Positions 51,001-61,511 are shown, numbered from the stretch's first letter. The stretch: 64,000 nt of DNA from an uncultured Alphaproteobacteria bacterium (GCA_903912365.1 CAIWGV010000004.1:11710-75709); one strand, 5' to 3'. Program-made: numbers and translations. The notes: a model not told the origin generated them from the letters alone.

Positions 51001-51737
51001 GAGAGAGATTCTTTATTTCCCCTCAAGTTTGAAAAGTTAGTCCCTGTTCCGGAACCATATTTAAAGAGACGGGCTTCCCGGACCCACAGATCCATAATGC
51101 CGCCCTCGTTCACTAAGTCATCTTGAATGCTTTGGATGAAACAGGCATGGGGCTGGGGGCGCTCATAAGAACTTTTAGACTGAACAGCTTTCTTTGTTTT
51201 TGGATCCACATAGTAATGCCCTTGAGCTGGGCCATCGATACCATAGGACCAGTGAAGACCTGTGTTAAACCACTGAGGAGAGTTGGGAGCGGCAAATTGT
51301 TGGCAGAGCATGTAACGCATTTCGTCGAAATAGGTGCAAGCATCCTCTTCAGAAGAAAAATAGCCACCTTTCCAGCCCCAATAAGTCCAAGTACCGGCCA
51401 GACGATCAAATACTTGCTTTGAGGAAATTTCGCTGGTATATCGTTGGTCTTCTGGTAGCAATTCAAGGGCTTCAAGGTCCGCAGTGGACCGAGAGAGCCA
51501 AGAGGGAACCCCTTTTTCCGGAACGGGTTTTAAAGCGGCGGGCACGCCTGCTTTGCGGAAGTATTTCTGGGCCAACACATCGGCGGCTACCTGAGACCAA
51601 GTTTCTGGAACTTCAACGTCTTTGAGTTGAAAAACAAGAGTGCCGTCGGGATTGCGAATTTCACAGGTCGTTTTCTTAAATTTTAGGGAAGAATAGGGGG
51701 CATTCTTCGTCGTCGTGAACCTGCGGCTTATTCGCAT
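48072..51737 (-). CDS. nrdJ: Class II (adenosylcobalamin-dependent) ribonucleotide reductase
   Basis: About 1220 aa. The active-site block NPCSEY and the C-terminal CxxC…CxxC are present. I chose the MRISRRF start. Confidence 0.9.
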
Positions 51738-51803
51738 TATAAATCTCCATTTCAATTATTTTCTACAACATATAGATATACAAGAGAGTTTCTCGTCTAT
51801 ATC

Positions 51804-52268
51804 TTGATTTCAGAATACCCCGTCACTTCCCCCATCGCAAGAGATAATTTTTTATTTTTTGCAAATTTTTTTCTTGATATTTTGGGCTGTTTATGTCCAC
51901 AGTATCTTATGCGCGGGTACCATCAAAAATTTACAACGGGAATCAAATATTATTTAGGGTTATGTCGGAGAGCGGGGCAAGATCCTTACGGGAATACATA
52001 TTATGAGGACCGCTATTTTCTTTTTAAAGGGCGCAAAAAATCCCGTCGATGGGTTATTTATAATGGGTTAGCGGAAGGATCTAAGGTCCCCTCCGAGTGG
52101 CATGGATGGCTTCATCAGACCACAAACAAAATCCCTTCCTATGATCAATGGATGAAGCAATCTTGGAGACGGACACATCTTCCCAATCTATCGGGAACCT
52201 TGAATAAAGAGGGAATCTCTTCCCAGGAAGAAAAGAAAATTTCCTATAAAGCTTGGCTCCCAGAATAG
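51804..52268 (+). CDS. NDUFA12-family protein (NADH:ubiquinone oxidoreductase 17.2-kDa subunit-like)
   Basis: The block …GNTYYED…RRWVIY…EWHGWLHQT…P is characteristic of NDUFA12. The start codon is uncertain (TTG at 51804). Confidence 0.55.
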   Translation: MISEYPVTSPIARDNFLFFANFFLDILGCLCPQYLMRGYHQKFTTGIKYYLGLCRRAGQDPYGNTYYEDRYFLFKGRKKSRRWVIYNGLAEGSKVPSEWHGWLHQTTNKIPSYDQWMKQSWRRTHLPNLSGTLNKEGISSQEEKKISYKAWLPE

Positions 52269-52301
52269 ATCCGTGTAGTATTAGAGAATTAGGAGCATGA
52301 A

Positions 52302-52763
52302 ATGCGTGGAAATTTTGTTGAATTTATAACGGGGATGATCGTCATCATCATTTCTGTCTTTCTTTTGGCCTATGGCTACATGGGGACAAGAGGAGATCGA
52401 GCTCAGGGGTATGAGCTTCTAGTGAAGTTTGACCGGGCCGATGGTCTGGTTGAAGGAAGCGATGTCAAGATTGGCGGCATCCGAGTGGGGACTGTTTCCA
52501 AGCTTGTTTTGGATCCAAAAACCTATGAGGCTCTCGTCCATCTAAAAGTAAATCCCCAGGTTAAATTGCCCACGGATAGTTCTGCCTCCATCATTAGCGA
52601 AAATCTTTTGGGTGGAAAATATTTGGTTCTGGTACCAGGGGGCGATGACACCATGCTGCAACCAGGCGATACCCTTCAGTACTCTCAGTCCTCCATGATT
52701 TTGGAGTCCTTAATTGGGAAGCTCATCTTTGATGACAAGGATAAGAGTAAGGACAATAAATAA
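52302..52763 (+). CDS. mlaD: MlaD/Mce-family protein
   Basis: An N-terminal TM segment and an Mce domain (…DVKIGGIRVGTV…). Confidence 0.6.
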   Translation: MRGNFVEFITGMIVIIISVFLLAYGYMGTRGDRAQGYELLVKFDRADGLVEGSDVKIGGIRVGTVSKLVLDPKTYEALVHLKVNPQVKLPTDSSASIISENLLGGKYLVLVPGGDDTMLQPGDTLQYSQSSMILESLIGKLIFDDKDKSKDNK

Positions 52764-52808
52764 AGAGTCGCACTCAAAATAAGAGGTGATTTTAAACAGG
52801 GGTATCGA

Positions 52809-54281
52809 GTGAAATTTCAGCTGGTTCTTTTATGGGGAATTCTTTTTGTCCTAACTATTTCTCAAGGATTTTCTGCGGCTGCCATCAAGCCCTCCACCCA
52901 GCGTAACATCAGAGAAAAAATTGTCGGGTTTGATGATCCTGAATACAAAAAACTTTCTGCAAAGAGGCTTGCAATCCTCAGAGATATAGAGGGATGTAAA
53001 GATCAATTACTTAAGTTTGCCGAGGCGATAAAAAAGAATCCTCATGTGGAGGGCATAGCAAGATCAAAAATTGAGACATTGATCCAATCTTTAAAAGGTG
53101 ATGAAACCCGTCTCAAAGAGGTGGAGGCAAATCTAACAGAAAAAAGAAAAGCATTGAAGCCAGATCTTTATCGACGAAAAAAAGAAGTGTCTCTTCAAAC
53201 TTTGGAGTATTCAAGTGCCTCCGAGTTTAGCGGAGCTCTGGAGTGGGCTCATCGGAAAGGAATCATTGGAGAGCATACTTCCATTTTAGTTTTAGAGGAT
53301 AATGGGGAATTCGTACACTCCGATTTAAGAGGGCAACTGGAAGGAAGGGGTGGGCCTTATGATAGGCATGCCATAAGTGTGACGGGGGTTGTCTATGAGA
53401 TTGCCCCAGGATCTAGAATTTCTGTCTATTCTTTTAATCATTTTTATCTTGCGCACGCGCCAGATAATATGATTATCAACAATTCTACGGATATAACAGA
53501 TCCTGTTGGTGAAAAGGCAAAGAAGATTGATGAAAAATTGATTGCGCGCAAAAATAATTTGCTTATTTTTTCTGCGGGGAATGGGGGGCAATATCTGAAA
53601 GGTGCCGATGAAAGGGATCCTCTAGATTTTTTATTTAATGAGGTGAAGCCTTCTCCAAAAAATCGCATTATTATAGCAGGGTCCTTAGATCCTTCCTCAG
53701 AGGCGAGTGATTTTTCTAATAAGCCGGGACCCCGCCCCGAATTCCAAGAAAGATTTCTATTTACCTTGGGGAGAGATGTCCTTATTAGGAAAAAAGAGAT
53801 GGAATACGGAACTGCAAATGGAGGCTCTCTTGCTGCCCCCGCTATTTCCGGTGTGGCAGCTCTTGTGCTCAGTGTTCATCGAGATTTCTCCATGGAGGAG
53901 GTTGCGACCGTTCTTTTGGAGTCTGCGGAAAGGAATTTTTATATCTCATCTACAAACAAATTTGTCTACGATCCAACGGACGGGGAAGAAAAAGCGGTGG
54001 CAGAGGCTAACTATGACCCAAAAAATCTTGAACATTTTAATCCCATGAATTATGGTCGAGGTATCCTCAGTGTAAGGCGTGCCTTTATTTGGGCTGATAT
54101 CTATGAAAAACTTAAGAAAGAACTACCAGAGGCCACGCTGGAAGAAAGGCTCCCCGAAACCAGAAAAAGATTTAAGGAAAAAATAAGGGAGGAAGACTAT
54201 CTTCACGCCACGAACATTCAGAGAGCTTTTCGAGATTGGAAGGTGCGGGGGAGCCCAAGAGGAGGGAATATTTCTCGATAG
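52809..54281 (+). CDS. Secreted subtilisin-like serine protease (S8), divergent
   Basis: Signal peptide present. Asp block LVLEDNGEFVHSDL, His block DRHAISVTGVV, Asn block FSAGNGG and Ser block GGSLAAPAISGVAALVLS all align to the subtilase triad and oxyanion positions. Confidence 0.6.
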   Translation: MKFQLVLLWGILFVLTISQGFSAAAIKPSTQRNIREKIVGFDDPEYKKLSAKRLAILRDIEGCKDQLLKFAEAIKKNPHVEGIARSKIETLIQSLKGDETRLKEVEANLTEKRKALKPDLYRRKKEVSLQTLEYSSASEFSGALEWAHRKGIIGEHTSILVLEDNGEFVHSDLRGQLEGRGGPYDRHAISVTGVVYEIAPGSRISVYSFNHFYLAHAPDNMIINNSTDITDPVGEKAKKIDEKLIARKNNLLIFSAGNGGQYLKGADERDPLDFLFNEVKPSPKNRIIIAGSLDPSSEASDFSNKPGPRPEFQERFLFTLGRDVLIRKKEMEYGTANGGSLAAPAISGVAALVLSVHRDFSMEEVATVLLESAERNFYISSTNKFVYDPTDGEEKAVAEANYDPKNLEHFNPMNYGRGILSVRRAFIWADIYEKLKKELPEATLEERLPETRKRFKEKIREEDYLHATNIQRAFRDWKVRGSPRGGNISR

Positions 54282-54282
54282 T

Positions 54283-55290
54283 CTACAAATAAATATCATC
54301 CTTCATCAGGAAATCTTTCACATACGTCCCGACACCCTCTTCAAGAGATGTGAAAGGTTTCGTATATCCAGCTGCCTTTAGTTTATCCATCTTCGCTTCC
54401 GTAAAGTCCTGGTAAGCCACCTGAAGAGTTTCCGGCATGGGGATATACTGAATCTGACTTTCGTCCTTAAAGCTGAGAGTTTTTTCTCTGACAGCTTTAT
54501 AAACGCTTACTGCCAAATCATTGAAACTTCGGGCTTTGCCCGTGCCCACATTAAAGAGCCCATTAACGTCGGGATGATCAAGCATCCAGAGCAGGACATC
54601 CACGCAGTCTTGAACATAAATAAAATCCCTGGTTTGTTCACCGTCTTTCATTTCCTTGCGATGAGATTTGAAAAGTCGAATAGGATCCCCTCGTTGGAGC
54701 GCCTCAAATATCTGGACCACCACACTGCGTTGACTGCCTTTATGGTACTCGTTGGGGCCGTACACATTAAAAAATTTAAGTCCCACGCATTGGGTCGGGG
54801 CTTCCGCATTTTTATCCTTTGTGCGGGCCACCCATCGATCAAACAAATGCTTGCTCCAGGCGTAGGCATTGAGAGGGCGTAGTTTGGCCAAGAACTCTGG
54901 TGTCTCATCATCCACAAAGCCTTGGTTTCCTGCGCCATAGGTGGCGGCAGAGGAGGCGTAAATGAACCTCTTCTTGTTGATGGCACACCACAGCCATAAG
55001 GATTGGGAGAACCGAAAGTTGTTGGACACAATGGCATCTGCGTCCGTCTCCGTGGTGGTGGAAATAGCGCCCATGTGAAAAATGGCGTCAATGCGCGAGG
55101 CATTTTGATTAAGAAACTGGAAAAGTTCTTGGGGCATGATGAACGAGTGCAGCTCTCGTTTGCCGATGTTCTTCCACTTGGCGTCCGCTCCCAGTACATC
55201 ACACACAACCGTGTCATAGTGCCCGCGGTCTTCTAACGCCTTCACAAGGGCTGACCCAATAAACCCCGCACCACCTGTAACAATATGCAT
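54283..55290 (-). CDS. hldD: ADP-L-glycero-D-manno-heptose 6-epimerase
   Basis: MHIVTGGAGFIGS (NAD-binding), the YxxxK block YAWSK, and end-to-end similarity to the HldD pattern (…YASSAATYG…FNVYGP…). Confidence 0.85.
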   Translation of the reverse strand: MHIVTGGAGFIGSALVKALEDRGHYDTVVCDVLGADAKWKNIGKRELHSFIMPQELFQFLNQNASRIDAIFHMGAISTTTETDADAIVSNNFRFSQSLWLWCAINKKRFIYASSAATYGAGNQGFVDDETPEFLAKLRPLNAYAWSKHLFDRWVARTKDKNAEAPTQCVGLKFFNVYGPNEYHKGSQRSVVVQIFEALQRGDPIRLFKSHRKEMKDGEQTRDFIYVQDCVDVLLWMLDHPDVNGLFNVGTGKARSFNDLAVSVYKAVREKTLSFKDESQIQYIPMPETLQVAYQDFTEAKMDKLKAAGYTKPFTSLEEGVGTYVKDFLMKDDIYL

Positions 55291-55423
55291 CTTTTTCCTC
55301 GCTACCACTATGAAAGACCACTATACGAATTTACATAGAAGGAGGCAACTCTTAACCATCAGTTGACCTCTTCTCCCCTTTATGACAATATGCGGGCGTT
55401 GTTAACCAAAGAGAGGAAACACC

Positions 55424-56737
55424 ATGAAAGCGGTTGCTAATTTTTTCGACAAATTGATGCGTAAGTACACGCCGGATCCTTTTATCTTCGCCTTGTTTTT
55501 AACCTTTCTTACCCTGATTGCAGGGATTGTTTATACTCCTGCTTCTTTGCCCGATATGCTTTTCTATTGGGGGGATGGGTTCTGGTCTCTTTCTACCTTT
55601 ACCATGCAGATGGTGATGATTTTTGTGGGAGGGTATATTCTAGCCTCCACAGCGCCCATCCAAAAAGTTCTTCAAGCCATTGCAAAGAGGGTTAAAACCC
55701 CTTCTCAGGCGGTATTTGCTGTGACAGTGGTGTCCTGTTCCGCTTGTTGGCTCAACTGGGGCTTCGGATTGGTGATTGGGGGTCTCTTCTGCCGAGAGGT
55801 GATCCGGGTGTTGCCGCGGGCAAATTTTCGCCTCATGGTGGCAAGCTCTTACAGCGGATTCTTGGTGTGGCACGGGGGGTTATCTGGAACCATTCCCTTG
55901 ATGGTCGCTACAGAAGGAAACTTTGCCCAAGCCCGCATTGGTCACTTGATTCCCATTTGGGATACTATTTTTTCACCGCTGAATATTACCATCGTGGTGT
56001 CACTCATGATCGTTCTTCCCATCCTCAATTGGTATATTAGTAAAACGGAAGAGGGGGAGGTTCATCTTTATACGGTTGCTCCAGAAAGTAAAGTTGAGGA
56101 ACCAAAAGAAATCAGTCCCGCAGAAAAGTTGGAATATTTTTCTCTCATTTCCAGAACAGCCGGTACCATGGGCCTGGCCTATCTTGGGTTCAAGATCTAC
56201 CAAGGGAAGTTCTCTTTAGAGTTGAACAACATCTGTCTTTTCCTTCTGTTTGCCAGCTTGTTCTTGCACAAGAACATCTATACTTTTAACAAGAGTGTAG
56301 GGGAAGCGGTTACAAAGGTGGGGCCCATCATTCTTCAGTTCCCGTTCTATGCGGGCATGATGGGAATGTTGGAGAGATCAGGCCTTGCCAATATGCTGGC
56401 TACCTGCTTTGAGAAGATCTCTACGAAAGATACCTTCAACTTGTTGACCTTCTACTCGGCAGCTTTCTTGAACTTGTTCATCCCATCAGGAGGTGGTAAG
56501 TGGGTGGTGGAATCTCCCGTTGTGATTCAGGCGGCCCATGAGCTGGGAACAAGCTTGCCTATGGCTTGTATGGCCGTGGTATGGGGGGATTCCTGGACCA
56601 ACATGATCCAACCGTTCTTTGCCTTGCCTTTGTTGGCTATCGCAGGACTTAAGGCCCGGGACATCATGGGATACTGCATTATCTCCTTGATCGTGTCGGG
56701 AATCATTATTTCTACATCTTTCATGATTTTTAGGTAG
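55424..56737 (+). CDS. atoE: Short-chain fatty acid transporter (AtoE family)
   Basis: N-terminus …RKYTPDPFIFALFLTF… and a polytopic membrane protein of ~437 aa. Confidence 0.65.
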   Translation: MKAVANFFDKLMRKYTPDPFIFALFLTFLTLIAGIVYTPASLPDMLFYWGDGFWSLSTFTMQMVMIFVGGYILASTAPIQKVLQAIAKRVKTPSQAVFAVTVVSCSACWLNWGFGLVIGGLFCREVIRVLPRANFRLMVASSYSGFLVWHGGLSGTIPLMVATEGNFAQARIGHLIPIWDTIFSPLNITIVVSLMIVLPILNWYISKTEEGEVHLYTVAPESKVEEPKEISPAEKLEYFSLISRTAGTMGLAYLGFKIYQGKFSLELNNICLFLLFASLFLHKNIYTFNKSVGEAVTKVGPIILQFPFYAGMMGMLERSGLANMLATCFEKISTKDTFNLLTFYSAAFLNLFIPSGGGKWVVESPVVIQAAHELGTSLPMACMAVVWGDSWTNMIQPFFALPLLAIAGLKARDIMGYCIISLIVSGIIISTSFMIFR

Positions 56738-56761
56738 ACGACCTGCTATAATAAGGACGGT

Positions 56762-57637
56762 ATGAAAAAGATACGTAAAGCAATTTTCCCCGTGGCGGGA
56801 CTTGGAACGCGGTTTTTACCGGCTACCAAATCCATGCCCAAGGAAATGCTAGCGATCATCGACAAGCCCATCATTCAGTATGCGGTAGAAGAGGCCAAAG
56901 CGGCCGGTATTGAGGAGTTTATCTTCGTAACGGGCCGGGGGAAATCAGCGCTCGAAGATTTCTTTGACTATTCCTATGAGCTTAATGCCACCCTAATGAG
57001 GCGGGGCAACAAGGATGACTTGGAAATAGTGAACCAAGTTGTGCTGGATCCAGGACAAGTTATCTACACCCGCCAACAAGAGCCCTTGGGACTTGGTCAT
57101 GCGGTGTGGTGTGCCCGTCATTTGATCCAAGACGAACCTTTTGCAGTGTTATTGGCCGACGACCTAATTCTGTCCAAAAAATCCTGTCTTCAGCAGATGA
57201 TAGAAGTTTACGAAAAAAAGCAGGGTAATATGGTTGCGGTGATGGAGGTCTCAAAGGAAGAAACGTCCCAGTATGGTATTATTGATCCTGAATCTCAAAC
57301 GGGCAATGTGATTAAGATTAAAGGGATGGTGGAAAAACCCACTTCCCAAAAAGCACCCTCTCAGTGGGCTGTGATCGGGCGGTATATTCTGCAGTCGGAT
57401 ATTTTTCAAGAGCTGGAAAATCTCAAGACAGGGGCCGGAGGAGAAATTCAATTAACAGATGCTATGAGTAAACTGTTAAAACGCTCAGATTTCTACGGGG
57501 TCGAGTTTGATGGCCGACGGTTTGATTGTGGGTCCAAGCAAGGACTTCTAGCAGCCAATATGACCTGCGCTTTAGAACGCCCAGACATGCGGACGGCTGC
57601 CCTTAAGACCATGAAAGAGCTAATCGAAAAGTCATGA
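56762..57637 (+). CDS. galU: UTP--glucose-1-phosphate uridylyltransferase
   Basis: KAIFPVAGLGTRFLPATK is the GalU signature. Confidence 0.9.
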   Translation: MKKIRKAIFPVAGLGTRFLPATKSMPKEMLAIIDKPIIQYAVEEAKAAGIEEFIFVTGRGKSALEDFFDYSYELNATLMRRGNKDDLEIVNQVVLDPGQVIYTRQQEPLGLGHAVWCARHLIQDEPFAVLLADDLILSKKSCLQQMIEVYEKKQGNMVAVMEVSKEETSQYGIIDPESQTGNVIKIKGMVEKPTSQKAPSQWAVIGRYILQSDIFQELENLKTGAGGEIQLTDAMSKLLKRSDFYGVEFDGRRFDCGSKQGLLAANMTCALERPDMRTAALKTMKELIEKS

Positions 57638-58950
57638 AAATTTGTATGATCGGAACGGGATATGTGGGGCTTGTGACAGGCACGTGTCTGGCTGAGCTTG
57701 GGTTTGATGTAACCTGTGTGGATCTCGATCATGAGAAAATAAGCCGGCTCAAGAAGGGGGAAATTCCCATTTATGAACCTGGCCTTGAAGACCTTGTACA
57801 AAAAGGAATAAAGTCAGGACGCTTAAAATTTTCTACAGATATTAAGCCTGCCGTTAAGGGGTCAGAAATTGTGTTTATCGCTGTGGGCACGCCGCCTTCT
57901 GAGACCGATGGCCAAGCAGACTTGTCTTATGTATTTGCGGCAGCCAAAACCATCGCAGAGTCTATGGAGGGATATACGGTGGTTGTGACCAAGTCCACCG
58001 TTCCCGTGGATACGGCAAAGAAGCTGGAAAAATATATCAAGGAAATAAATCCAAAGGCGGACTTTGATGTGGTCTCAAATCCAGAATTCCTTCGGGAAGG
58101 CTCAGCGCTGGAAGACTTCATGAATCCTGACCGCATTGTGGTGGGGTGTCGGAGTAAACGGTCAGAAGCGGTCATGCGCCGGCTTTATAATCCTTTCTTT
58201 CTTTTGCAGACGCCCTTGGTCTTTACTTCCCCTGAATCCTCAGAAATCATTAAATATGCAGCCAATAGTTTTCTCGCCGCCAAGGTTACCTTTATCAATC
58301 AGGTGGCAGACCTGTGCGAAAAATGTGATGCAGATATCACGGATGTTTCTCGAGGCGTGGGGCTGGACTCTCGAATTGGGCGGAAATTCTTACAAGCGGG
58401 CCCTGGATATGGAGGATCTTGCTTTCCCAAAGACACCATTGCCATGGCTAAAACCGCGGAGGAATATGGATGCGCCCTTACCATTGTTGAGTCCGTCATC
58501 GCGGCCAATGAAGCCCGTAAGAGCGCTATGGCAGACAAAATTAAAAAAGCGTGTGGAAATTCTTTAGAAGGAAAAAAGATCGCTGTTTTAGGTGTAACCT
58601 TTAAGCCCGATACGGATGACATGCGAGATAGTCCTAGCTTAGCAATCATTCCCAAACTGCAAGAGATGGGGGCAAGCGTCACGGCCTATGATCCTGCAGG
58701 CATGGACAATGCGAAAGCCTTGTTGCCAAAAGTAAAGTGGGCGGAGGATGTTTATGAAACATTAAAAGACGCCAATGTTTTGGTTATTCTGACGGAGTGG
58801 AACGAATTTCGATATCTGGACTTTTCTGAAGCAAAGAAATTGATGGTGGATCCGCTGATCGTGGATTTAAGAAATCTCTACCCTCTAGAAGATATGAAGA
58901 AATCAGGATTTTCTTACTATTCGGTGGGGCGTCCCCCTGTTAAAGGATAA
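57634..58950 (+). CDS. ugd: UDP-glucose 6-dehydrogenase
   Basis: MKICMIGTGYVGLV NAD-binding N-terminus and the catalytic Cys block GGSCFPKD. Confidence 0.9.
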   Translation: MKICMIGTGYVGLVTGTCLAELGFDVTCVDLDHEKISRLKKGEIPIYEPGLEDLVQKGIKSGRLKFSTDIKPAVKGSEIVFIAVGTPPSETDGQADLSYVFAAAKTIAESMEGYTVVVTKSTVPVDTAKKLEKYIKEINPKADFDVVSNPEFLREGSALEDFMNPDRIVVGCRSKRSEAVMRRLYNPFFLLQTPLVFTSPESSEIIKYAANSFLAAKVTFINQVADLCEKCDADITDVSRGVGLDSRIGRKFLQAGPGYGGSCFPKDTIAMAKTAEEYGCALTIVESVIAANEARKSAMADKIKKACGNSLEGKKIAVLGVTFKPDTDDMRDSPSLAIIPKLQEMGASVTAYDPAGMDNAKALLPKVKWAEDVYETLKDANVLVILTEWNEFRYLDFSEAKKLMVDPLIVDLRNLYPLEDMKKSGFSYYSVGRPPVKG

Positions 58951-58952
58951 AT

Positions 58953-60347
58953 ATGAAGATCTCCAGCCATCAGTTTCATCCTAGCGTACTGAGAGAGTAC
59001 GACATCCGTGGTATCTATGGAAAAACATTGTCTGAAGCGGATGCTTGGGCCATTGGTCGATGCTTTGGCCAAGTGGTGCGGCGAGAAAAAGGATCTGTCG
59101 TTGCGGTGGGTCGGGATGGTCGGGAAAGTTCCCTTCCCTTAGAAAATGCTTTGGTGCAAGGGTTGAGGGAAGAGGGAGTTAATGCCATTCGGGTAGGCAT
59201 GGGCCCAACACCCCTCCTTTATTATGCAGTGAAAGATATTCCTACGGATGGGGGCGTTATGATTACAGGGTCTCACAATCCAGGAGATTACAACGGATTC
59301 AAGATGACGCTGCAAAACCGGCCTTTTTTTGGAGAGGATATCCAAAAATTTGCCTTAATGGCTCGTCATTTTGAAGAACCCGTGCCCTTTGGCGAGGATA
59401 CAGAGTATGACATTCGCAAGAAGTACGTGGACCGCCTTCTGAAAGACTACGATAGCCCCAGACCTTTGAAAGTTATTTGGGATGTGGGAAATGGGGCCGC
59501 GGGAGCTGTCTTAAAGCTTTTGACGGATCAATTGCCGGGGGAGCATGAGATCCTTTTTGAGGATGTGGATGGGAATTTCCCCAATCATCATCCCGATCCA
59601 ACCCAGCCGGAAAATTTGCAAGATTTAAGGCGTCGCGTCATTGAAACCAAAGCAGACTTGGGTGTTGCTTTTGATGGGGATGGAGACCGTATTGGGGCTG
59701 TTGATGATGAAGGCAATATTTTCTTTGGGGATCAGCTGTTGATGCTCTATGCCAGAGAGGTTCTCAAAACTCACCCAGGGGCCACCATCATTTCTGACGT
59801 AAAAGCCAGCGAGTCTTTGTTTAACGATATCCGGGCTAATGGAGGGAATGCCCTCATGTGGCCCACGGGGCATTCCCTGATTAAATCTCAGATGGCAGTC
59901 ACAAAATCCCCCCTTGCGGGAGAAATGAGCGGCCATATTTTCTTTGCAGATAAGTACTATGGATATGATGATGCGCTTTATGCCGCCATTCGACTGATGA
60001 ATATTGTGGGACGAAGCGATCAACCTTTATCTCATATGTATCATCAATTCCCAAAACTCTTCAGTACTCCTGAGCTACGTTTTTCTTGCGACGAGTTTCG
60101 AAAATTCGAGGTCATCAAAGAGGTAAAAGAAAATTTGAAAGAAAATTCCGATTTGGAAGTCTCCGACCAGGATGGGGTTCGGGTAAAGACGCCAGATGGT
60201 TGGTGGTTGCTGCGTGCTTCTAATACACAAGATGTGTTGGTGTGTCGTTGTGAGTCTTCAACCCAAGAAGGATTAAACAGGCTCAAAGAAATGGTAATTC
60301 ACTACTTGAGGTGCAGTTACGTGCCGATCCCGGACGAACTTCTATAG
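58953..60347 (+). CDS. manB: Phosphomannomutase/phosphoglucomutase
   Basis: Active-site GSHNPGDYNGFK and metal-binding FDGDGDR. Confidence 0.85.
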   Translation: MKISSHQFHPSVLREYDIRGIYGKTLSEADAWAIGRCFGQVVRREKGSVVAVGRDGRESSLPLENALVQGLREEGVNAIRVGMGPTPLLYYAVKDIPTDGGVMITGSHNPGDYNGFKMTLQNRPFFGEDIQKFALMARHFEEPVPFGEDTEYDIRKKYVDRLLKDYDSPRPLKVIWDVGNGAAGAVLKLLTDQLPGEHEILFEDVDGNFPNHHPDPTQPENLQDLRRRVIETKADLGVAFDGDGDRIGAVDDEGNIFFGDQLLMLYAREVLKTHPGATIISDVKASESLFNDIRANGGNALMWPTGHSLIKSQMAVTKSPLAGEMSGHIFFADKYYGYDDALYAAIRLMNIVGRSDQPLSHMYHQFPKLFSTPELRFSCDEFRKFEVIKEVKENLKENSDLEVSDQDGVRVKTPDGWWLLRASNTQDVLVCRCESSTQEGLNRLKEMVIHYLRCSYVPIPDELL

Positions 60348-60355
60348 GTGTTGAG

Positions 60356-60442
60356 TGGTGCCCCCGGGGAGAATCGAACTCCCACGCCCTCACGGACAAT
60401 AGATTTTGAGTCTATCGCGTCTACCAGTTCCACCACAGGGGC
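60356..60442 (-). tRNA. tRNA-Leu (anticodon CAA)
   Basis: I folded it by hand: 7-bp acceptor stem GCCCCTG/CGGGGGC, anticodon stem ATAGA/TCTAT around loop CTCAAAA, a long variable arm, T-loop TTCGATT, discriminator A, and an encoded CCA. Confidence 0.85.
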
Positions 60443-60505
60443 CAAAGTATAGCCTATATTACATTTCTTTTATTTTCCGTCAATAGAAAGTCTGGTTTTG
60501 TTTAT

Positions 60506-61459
60506 ATGTTTTGCACAAGATCATTTTTTATAGTAGGATTCCTTTGTATTTTTAAAAATAAGGAGAAGAAATTGAATAGTCCATCTAAAAGGATTCTAAT
60601 CGTAAGTTGTCTTGTATCAGTTGTTTCGACGAGTTCATTTTCAAAAATAACAACAGAGAGGGATCTAGAGAATCAAACTCAAAAATTTCATACAGCAGTG
60701 ATCCAATCCTTACCAGATTACCAAGCCCTTGCAGCTCAGAAGGAAGCTGAAAGTGAAAAATTTTTTCCAAAACATGAAACCTTGGGGCAAGAGAGAGATC
60801 AGTTAATTGCTGATTTTAAAGAAAAAGAAGAGAGAATTCTCTCGTTCTTTGGCGCCATTAAAAAGCAGGCTGAAGAGGAAAGGATTTCCCAAGAGCAGGG
60901 GATCTTGGAGTCTTCATCAATGCTGCAAAACTTAAAGTTCCGGATGGATGAAATTTTAATGAGTCCCCTGTACATAGCTCGAGCAGAACAAGCGAGGTCT
61001 AACCATCAAGCGCAGGTAACAATAGCAAGGGCTGCATACGAACATGCAGTGCGCCCAGACCGTTCTTGGAGGACTATCAATGATGGAAGATATGAGAATG
61101 AGCATCTGAGGAGCCTTTTGTATAGAGATCCTTTAGCCGAAATTCATAGAGATATGGGGATCAACGCTTTGCAAAAATATATTGAAGATGAAAAAGAAAG
61201 TTTGCGCCCTGAAATTTCTGACATGATAGAAAGCACTTCGGAGCTCATAAAGGCTGTTGAAGATGAGAAGGGTCGTGTTCTCAGGTCTTTGCAAGAAGAC
61301 CATGAGCAGAATATTCGGATGCACTCGCAGAAGGTAAACGATTTGGTTCGGGAAGAGAAGGAAGTTCTAGATCCCTTCTACGCCCGGATGGCAGAATTTG
61401 ATGCGGATGCCCTTAATTACGTTTTAACGGCCAATGATATAGGGGCTTTTGACCTATAA
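60506..61459 (+). CDS. Hypothetical protein adjacent to the tRNA, predicted helical and charged
   Basis: A hydrophobic N-terminus, a Glu/Lys-rich central region, and no recognisable domain. An intrinsic terminator follows it. Confidence 0.35.
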   Translation: MFCTRSFFIVGFLCIFKNKEKKLNSPSKRILIVSCLVSVVSTSSFSKITTERDLENQTQKFHTAVIQSLPDYQALAAQKEAESEKFFPKHETLGQERDQLIADFKEKEERILSFFGAIKKQAEEERISQEQGILESSSMLQNLKFRMDEILMSPLYIARAEQARSNHQAQVTIARAAYEHAVRPDRSWRTINDGRYENEHLRSLLYRDPLAEIHRDMGINALQKYIEDEKESLRPEISDMIESTSELIKAVEDEKGRVLRSLQEDHEQNIRMHSQKVNDLVREEKEVLDPFYARMAEFDADALNYVLTANDIGAFDL

Positions 61460-61485
61460 TATTTGTAAAACCAAAAATCTATTGA

Positions 61486-61511
61486 GGGGGACATTTGTTC
61501 CCCTTTTTTTG
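61486..61511 (+). terminator. Rho-independent terminator
   Basis: GGGGGAC-attt-GTTCCCC stem, then TTTTTTT. Confidence 0.5.
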
